Part shown: in pieces, positions 58,405-64,000 of the stretch
Layout of the letters: every line of letters starts with the position of its first letter
Position numbering within the stretch: the first letter of the stretch is position 1
Assembly: GCA_022340905.1 (NCBI GenBank)
Contig: JAJDNB010000040.1
Span: forward strand, 9,603-73,602
DNA: 64,000 nt
Direction: 5' to 3'
Source of the DNA: Deltaproteobacteria bacterium
GTDB taxonomy: Bacteria; Desulfobacterota; Syntrophobacteria; BM002
Made by a program: the position numbers and the translations under genes
Notes under the pieces: model-generated
The model's input: only the letters and a program-made list of their open reading frames with translations
Database searches by the model: none
Told to the model about the DNA's origin: nothing

Positions 58405-59868
58405 ATGCAATTATATGAATTAACAATACACGAACTTCGCAAACTTTTGGACACAGGCGAGACTACCGCCGTAGAGGTGACAGAATCCATCTACAACCGT
58501 ATCAAGAAGGTGGAGCCCAAGGTTGCCGCCTACCTGTCCCTGGCCGAAGAAAGGGCAATGGAAGAGGCACACGGTTGGGACAAACAGGGTTTCGGCGACA
58601 GGACAAAACCTCTGGCCGGAGTGCCATTGGCGGTTAAGGATGTCATTTGTACCAGGGGAATTCGCACTAGCTGCGGTTCAAAAATTCTAGCCAATTTTGT
58701 ACCGCCCTACGACGCCACCGTTGTCCTGAGGCTTAAAGAGGCAGGCTGTATTCTTTTGGGCAAAACGAACATGGATGAATTTGCCATGGGATCCTCGAAT
58801 GAGAATTCGGCCTTCGGGCCAACGCGAAATCCTTGGAATGTCAAATACATACCTGGCGGCTCTAGCGGTGGATCAGCAGCAGCCGTAGCAGCAGATGAGT
58901 GCATAGGGGCTGTGGGATCGGACACGGGAGGGTCGATACGGCAGCCTGCTTCACATTGTGGGGTGGTAGGTTTTAAGCCCACCTATGGGCGTGTATCCCG
59001 ATATGGCTTGGTGGCCTTTGCCTCTTCTCTCGATCAGATTGGTCCCATTACCAAAGATGTGAGAGACGCTGCTTTGCTGTTGCAGGCAATCGCAGGTTAT
59101 GATCAGAACGACTCCACTTCGGTTCCCAGGGACGTTCCGAACTATGCCCAGAACCTTTTGGAAGGCCTGAAGGGCGTAACTTTCGGAATCCCCCGTGAGT
59201 ACTTCATCGAAGGGTTGGATCCAGAGGTGGAGAGGGCTGTCCAGAATGGTATCAGGACCTTGGAAGGGCTGGGTGCAAAGTCTGTCGAGGTTACCCTTCC
59301 CCATACCGAATACGGGGTAGCAGCCTACTACATAATCGCTCCGGCAGAAGCCAGTTCCAACCTAGCACGCTACGACGGGGTGAAATACGGCCATCGTAAC
59401 AGGGAAGGTAAGACCCTGATGGAGATGTACCGCAGAAGCCGATCGCAGGGTTTTGGCGCCGAGGTGAAAAGAAGAATTATGCTTGGAACGTATGTGTTGT
59501 CAGCTGGCTATTACGACGCCTATTACAAAAAAGCCCTGCAGGTGCGTACCCTTATTCGCCGGGATTTCCTGAAAGTTTTTGAACAGTGCCAGGTGCTGGT
59601 TGCTCCAGTGGCACCTACTGCGGCATTTCCCCTGGGAGAGAAGGTGAACGACCCCTTGCAAATGTATCTCTCAGATGTCTTTACCTTGCCGGCCAGTTTG
59701 GCCGGCATTCCAGGTATTTCTATTCCGTGCGGCTTCACCAGTGCGGGGTTACCCATTGGCTTGCAGATAATGGCTCCCCATTTTGAGGAGGGTTTGGCTC
59801 TGCGAGTGGCTTACAACTTGGAGCAGAATACCGATTTCCACCACCACCGTCCACCGTTAGATTCCTAA
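58405..59868 (+). CDS. gatA: Asp/Glu-tRNA amidotransferase subunit A
   Basis: KDVICT, GKTNMDEFAMGSS, PGGSSGGS, GSDTGGSIRQPAS, RRIMLGTY. Confidence 0.98.
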   Translation: MQLYELTIHELRKLLDTGETTAVEVTESIYNRIKKVEPKVAAYLSLAEERAMEEAHGWDKQGFGDRTKPLAGVPLAVKDVICTRGIRTSCGSKILANFVPPYDATVVLRLKEAGCILLGKTNMDEFAMGSSNENSAFGPTRNPWNVKYIPGGSSGGSAAAVAADECIGAVGSDTGGSIRQPASHCGVVGFKPTYGRVSRYGLVAFASSLDQIGPITKDVRDAALLLQAIAGYDQNDSTSVPRDVPNYAQNLLEGLKGVTFGIPREYFIEGLDPEVERAVQNGIRTLEGLGAKSVEVTLPHTEYGVAAYYIIAPAEASSNLARYDGVKYGHRNREGKTLMEMYRRSRSQGFGAEVKRRIMLGTYVLSAGYYDAYYKKALQVRTLIRRDFLKVFEQCQVLVAPVAPTAAFPLGEKVNDPLQMYLSDVFTLPASLAGIPGISIPCGFTSAGLPIGLQIMAPHFEEGLALRVAYNLEQNTDFHHHRPPLDS

Positions 59869-60219
59869 CACAAAGGTTACCCAAGGCACGCCTCGGCTTG
59901 ACCGCAGATATGGTCGTACCCTAGGCTAGATCACTTTTCAGCAGCGAGAATTTGAAATTCTCAACCTGTTTTGTGTTTTGATCGGGCTTGCTTTTCTGGA
60001 ACCGGTTCTTGATCACATCTAGGATCTACTCAGCTAAAGTCTCACATTCCTTGAGAAGAAAACTTCTTCAAGCCACAGCATATTCAATCTTTTAATAATC
60101 TATAAATACTGTCTAAATATATCAATAGTTAAAGTAAATTATTGCTTTTTTAAAGGGGGGTTGTGGTATCTACCTGCTTACTAACGGCAGTCCTGCACCA
60201 AAGGGATGACCTAGATTAA

Positions 60220-61098
60220 TTATGAGCGATTTACCAAATATATTCCAACACCCACGAGAGCCATCCCGATCCACACCATGGGGGTTACAGGCTCAGATAA
60301 AACCACTGCCCCCAAAACCGTCCCAAAAAGAGGGGCAAAGAAGGTGAATGCTGTGAGCCTGCTTACGGAGAAACGGCTGATCATCCAGAACCACAAGATA
60401 TAACTAAAGAAGGCTACCACCAAACACTGATAACCGAAGGCTGTCAGCACCACCGTATTCAGGTGCGGGCCCTCTAGCTTCTCAAATATGGCCCAACCGG
60501 CCGCCAAAATGGGGATGGAATAAAAAAGCTGAGCAAAGAGAGTCTGATAGTGACTAATGTGTCGGGTTTGGGACATTTTTTTTATATAGAGTGTAGTGCT
60601 CGCCCAGAGGAAAGCAGCCGCCAATTCCATCAGATCGCCAATCCAATAACCGGAAGGCAACTGCTCTGAGTGGCTTCGGAAGACAGATACAATGCCGGCA
60701 AAGGCAAGAAACAAGCCGGCCATCTTTTTTGGGGTGAGACGATCATCATTGAATATGAAGTGTGCTCCCAGAGCCACCCAGAACGGATGAGTGTAGAGAA
60801 AGATAACTGATCTGGAAGCGGTGGTGAAGGCCAGCCCCCAATAAATGAAGAGAAACTCAGTTCCGAAAAGACAGCCAATGATGATGCCGTGGATTGTGTC
60901 CTTTCGCTCTAAGGAAAGGGACAAGCCATTCAAACGAGCATAAGACCACAACAGACAGCCGGCTATAACTGATCTGCTGGCAGCGGCCAGCATCGGTGGG
61001 ATACCTTGATTGCTTATGCGAATACTTACGAGATTTGCGCCCCAGAGGAAGCATAGAGAGATCTGCAACATACCGTAGGGTAGTGGGAGGGAGTTCAT
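60220..61098 (-). CDS. DMT/EamA family transporter
   Basis: About 10 TM helices in two EamA repeats; LWGANLV, LYTHPFWV, FFAPLFG. Confidence 0.9.
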   Translation of the reverse strand: MNSLPLPYGMLQISLCFLWGANLVSIRISNQGIPPMLAAASRSVIAGCLLWSYARLNGLSLSLERKDTIHGIIIGCLFGTEFLFIYWGLAFTTASRSVIFLYTHPFWVALGAHFIFNDDRLTPKKMAGLFLAFAGIVSVFRSHSEQLPSGYWIGDLMELAAAFLWASTTLYIKKMSQTRHISHYQTLFAQLFYSIPILAAGWAIFEKLEGPHLNTVVLTAFGYQCLVVAFFSYILWFWMISRFSVSRLTAFTFFAPLFGTVLGAVVLSEPVTPMVWIGMALVGVGIYLVNRS

Positions 61099-62375
61099 TC
61101 CTCCTCCCTGAAATACCCTTTCGGTATCACCACGATACCCCGCGGGGTCACGGTGAAACGCTTTCGGTCTTCGCTCGGGTTGTAGCCGATTGTGGTTTTG
61201 GCAGGAATTACGTTGTTTTTATCAATAATTGCTTTCTTGATCCTGCAGTGGCGCCCTACCACCACTCTATCCATAATGACTGACTCGTCAACTTGTGCCC
61301 AACTTCGCACTACCACATTGGGAGAAAGCACAGAATTTCTCACTATGCCACTTACGATGCACCCGGGAGAGACCAGGGAATCAAGGGCTTTACCCACCCG
61401 GAAACCGTCGGCCCGTTCGGTGGCGAAGACAAACTTGGCGGGCGGCGCAGCAACCTGATAGGTGTGAAGGGGCCACTTTTGCCCGTAGAGGTTGAAATAA
61501 GGATCAACTCCAGTGAGGTCCATGTTGGCGTTCCAATAGGCATCCAAGTTGCCCACGTCACGCCAATAGGCAGAATCTCGGGTATGTGCTTCTAGTTGCA
61601 ACCTTCGCTCGCCGTCCTCCATGGTCATGTAGATATAGTCTTCAATTTTGTTCTGCTTTCGGTAAGGATAGGCATAGATTCGATAGGAATTCAGTAGCTT
61701 AGGAATTATGTCACGGCCGAAGTCGTCTTCATTACCGGATTTTAGGATGTCAATGAGAACCTCGGTCTGGAATATGTAGATACCCATAGAGGCAAGGATA
61801 TGGTTGGGATCCCCAGGAATTGTTTTGGGGTCTTTTTTGGGTTTTTCTTGAAAGCCAAGAATGCGAAATTCTTCATCCACTTCGGCCACGCCAAACTGAT
61901 AGGCTAGTTCGGTTCCCACCTCGAGAAGGGAGATGGTGATATGGGCCTCCTTTTCTTTATGGTACTTCAGGAATTGGCTATAATCCATCTTGTAAATGTG
62001 GTCACCTGAAAGAATCAAGACATGACTCGACCTATGGCGCTCAACGAGATAGAGATTCTGGCGAATGGAGTCAGCGGTACCCCGATACCAGTCGAGACCT
62101 ATCCGCTGCTGAGGGTGGACGATTTTGAGAAAATGGCTCAGCTCCTGACTGAATATGTTCCAGCCGTCTTCCAGATGATCGTGGAGGGACTGGGATTTGT
62201 ACTGGGGCAGCACAATGATCTTGTATATTTGTGAATTGATACAGTTACTCAAGGGCAGATCTATGAGCCGATAAATGCCACCAAAAGGAACCGCTGGTTT
62301 GGTGCGGTCCTCGGTAAGTGGCATAAGCCTTTCCCCTCTACCACCTGCCATAACAAAGGCTAAAACGTCCTTCAT
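61095..62375 (-). CDS. glgC: Glucose-1-phosphate adenylyltransferase
   Basis: MAGGRGERLMPLT..RTKPAVPFGGIYRLID, YRGTAD, SGDHIYKMDY, SMGIYIF, YWRDVG, left-handed beta-helix C-terminus. Confidence 0.97.
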   Translation of the reverse strand: MKDVLAFVMAGGRGERLMPLTEDRTKPAVPFGGIYRLIDLPLSNCINSQIYKIIVLPQYKSQSLHDHLEDGWNIFSQELSHFLKIVHPQQRIGLDWYRGTADSIRQNLYLVERHRSSHVLILSGDHIYKMDYSQFLKYHKEKEAHITISLLEVGTELAYQFGVAEVDEEFRILGFQEKPKKDPKTIPGDPNHILASMGIYIFQTEVLIDILKSGNEDDFGRDIIPKLLNSYRIYAYPYRKQNKIEDYIYMTMEDGERRLQLEAHTRDSAYWRDVGNLDAYWNANMDLTGVDPYFNLYGQKWPLHTYQVAAPPAKFVFATERADGFRVGKALDSLVSPGCIVSGIVRNSVLSPNVVVRSWAQVDESVIMDRVVVGRHCRIKKAIIDKNNVIPAKTTIGYNPSEDRKRFTVTPRGIVVIPKGYFREEE

Positions 62376-62750
62376 GGAACTATCCTTTGAGTGAATTTGC
62401 TGTTATGTAGCTTATGATTGCGAACAAGAGGTAGAATGCCATCTTAATCATGGTAGTGCTTTTTGTCTATGGTTTTAGAACAGGAGTTATATTAAAAACA
62501 TTCCCGTCGTTTGCGCCACGGGGGAGTTACTCCACAATGTGCAGACCGTGAGTCCTGGAGCGCTAGGAGGGGCATCAGTAAGGCTTCTTTCATTTGCACA
62601 CCCAGGTAACTCTCTCTTGAATCAAGATGAGAAGAATGATCCACTCATTGTGGGAAGAACTCTTATTTAAAACATATGTAGAAAGTGAAGTCTTAAGGGA
62701 AACGAGACCTGTCGAGGACTGAAGAAATAGGTTGATTGGAAAAAGTCGGA

Positions 62751-63809
62751 TCAGAAAAGAGCGTCCACAAACTGTTCGGGATTGAATTCCTTGAGGTCAT
62801 CCAATCCCTCACCTAACCCGATATAGCGAATAGGTATTTGAAATTCCTGGCAAACCCCAACTACGATGCCACCCTTGGCAGTGCCGTCCAATTTAGTGAG
62901 AACAAGTCCTGAGACTCCCAGTTCCTGTTGGAATAACCTTGTTTGGGAAATTGCATTCTGTCCAGTAGTGGCGTCAAGAATCAACAGAACCTCATGGGGT
63001 GCGGAGTCTATCTGCCTGCTAATGACCCGCTTAACCTTTTTGAGTTCCTCCATGAGATTCACCTTAGTGTGAAGACGGCCTGCCGTATCTATCAAGACAA
63101 CGTCTGTGCCACGGGCCTGAGCAGCCGTCATCGCATCGTAAACGACTGCGGCGGGGTCAGCACCACTGCTCTGTTTGACCAGATCCGCACCCACTCGTTC
63201 AGCCCAGCGCATGAGCTGTTCTATTGCCGCTGCCCTAAAAGTATCGGCCGCGACCAGCATCACTCGCAAACCTGCCTCCTGGAAGTGAGCGGCTAGCTTG
63301 GCCAGGGTTGTTGTCTTGCCTACGCCATTCACACCAACGGCCATTACCACGAAAGGCCGGTGGGCTTTAAGGTCCAGGGGAGGTGCCTCAACCTTCAAAA
63401 ATCTACGGATATCCTCTTTGAGATGGATAAGCAAGCGATCGGTATCGGTGAGTTCATTCCTATGCAGTCTCTCTTCTAAAGAGGCAATAAGTCTTCGGGT
63501 GGTTTCAACTCCGAGATCCGAGGTAATCAAGGCCTCTTCCAATTCCTCCAGTACATCCTGGTCGATTTCTTTTTTGCCATGCACGATGCGATCGAGCTGA
63601 CCGATGAAGGCCTGTCGCGTTTTTTGCAAACGGGAGCGCATATGAGGGAAAAACCCCAAAGATTTCTCAGGATCTGTTGCCGAGGATTTGGGGGTCGCGA
63701 GATCTGGGGTCGAAGTCGAGGGTACACCCGTGTTGTGGTTTCCAGCTTCATTCTCACTGATGCTGTCGGGTGCGGCCTCCTTAGATTTCTTACTGAACCA
63801 TCTGGCCAT
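62751..63809 (-). CDS. ftsY: Signal recognition particle receptor FtsY
   Basis: GVNGVGKTTT, AADTFRAAAIEQL, DTAGRL, DATTGQNA, TKLDGTAKGG. Confidence 0.98.
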   Translation of the reverse strand: MARWFSKKSKEAAPDSISENEAGNHNTGVPSTSTPDLATPKSSATDPEKSLGFFPHMRSRLQKTRQAFIGQLDRIVHGKKEIDQDVLEELEEALITSDLGVETTRRLIASLEERLHRNELTDTDRLLIHLKEDIRRFLKVEAPPLDLKAHRPFVVMAVGVNGVGKTTTLAKLAAHFQEAGLRVMLVAADTFRAAAIEQLMRWAERVGADLVKQSSGADPAAVVYDAMTAAQARGTDVVLIDTAGRLHTKVNLMEELKKVKRVISRQIDSAPHEVLLILDATTGQNAISQTRLFQQELGVSGLVLTKLDGTAKGGIVVGVCQEFQIPIRYIGLGEGLDDLKEFNPEQFVDALF

Positions 63810-64000
63810 AACTTTCAGGTAATCCTTGGAAATCCACCGACATTATTTTGGAGATACCAGGCTCTTCCATGGTTACACCGAGAAGAGTATCGGAGATCTC
63901 CATGGTTCTCTTGTTGTGCGTAACCAAGATAATCTGGGATTCCTGACTAATTTTTTTGAGCACCTCGATGAAGCGGTCTATGTTGGCCTCGTCCAGGGGA
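63790..64000 (-). CDS. smc: Chromosome segregation protein SMC, C-terminal fragment (not in the ORF track)
   Basis: My translation: PLDEANIDRFIEVLKKISQESQIILVTHNKRTMEISDTLLGVTMEEPGISKIMSV; D-loop and H-loop of SMC; smc-ftsY order. Confidence 0.93.
   Translation of the reverse strand, partial: PLDEANIDRFIEVLKKISQESQIILVTHNKRTMEISDTLLGVTMEEPGISKIMSVDFQGLPESYGQMVQ

Overview
A 64 kb stretch of bacterial core chromosome. Gene content and order (sirC-ccsA-hemA, selB, hrcA/CIRCE, pyrK-pyrD, sigma-54 two-component system) suggest an anaerobic deltaproteobacterium (Desulfobacterota-like); this assignment is inference. Housekeeping genes: panD (partial), metK, ahcY, mltA, selB, pyrDK, pgeF, lolA, ftsK, plsC, hemA, tatA, ssb, nagZ, murU-like, amgK-like, der, livHMGF with four LivK-type binding proteins, rarA, hrcA-grpE-dnaK, gatCA, glgC, ftsY and smc (partial), plus one tRNA-Leu(CAA). 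I found no CRISPR array, rRNA, transposase, integrase or phage gene. Five things are unusual. (1) Many intergenic gaps hold short, often palindromic elements built from 7-, 9- or 11-bp tandem units; several of these supply stop codons or peptide tails to genes. (2) There is a 130-bp MITE with perfect 20-bp terminal inverted repeats, TA flanks and an IS630-like CTAG context, plus three degenerate relatives. (3) Three consecutive proteins (SF2 helicase, RimK-like ATP-grasp, histidine kinase) keep their folds but have lost conserved ATP-site motifs. (4) An NtrC-type activator has a winged helix in place of the usual Fis-type HTH. (5) A nagZ / murU-amgK peptidoglycan recycling locus is present. 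All family and motif calls were made by eye from recalled consensus sequences, and match counts were done by hand; no searches were run.
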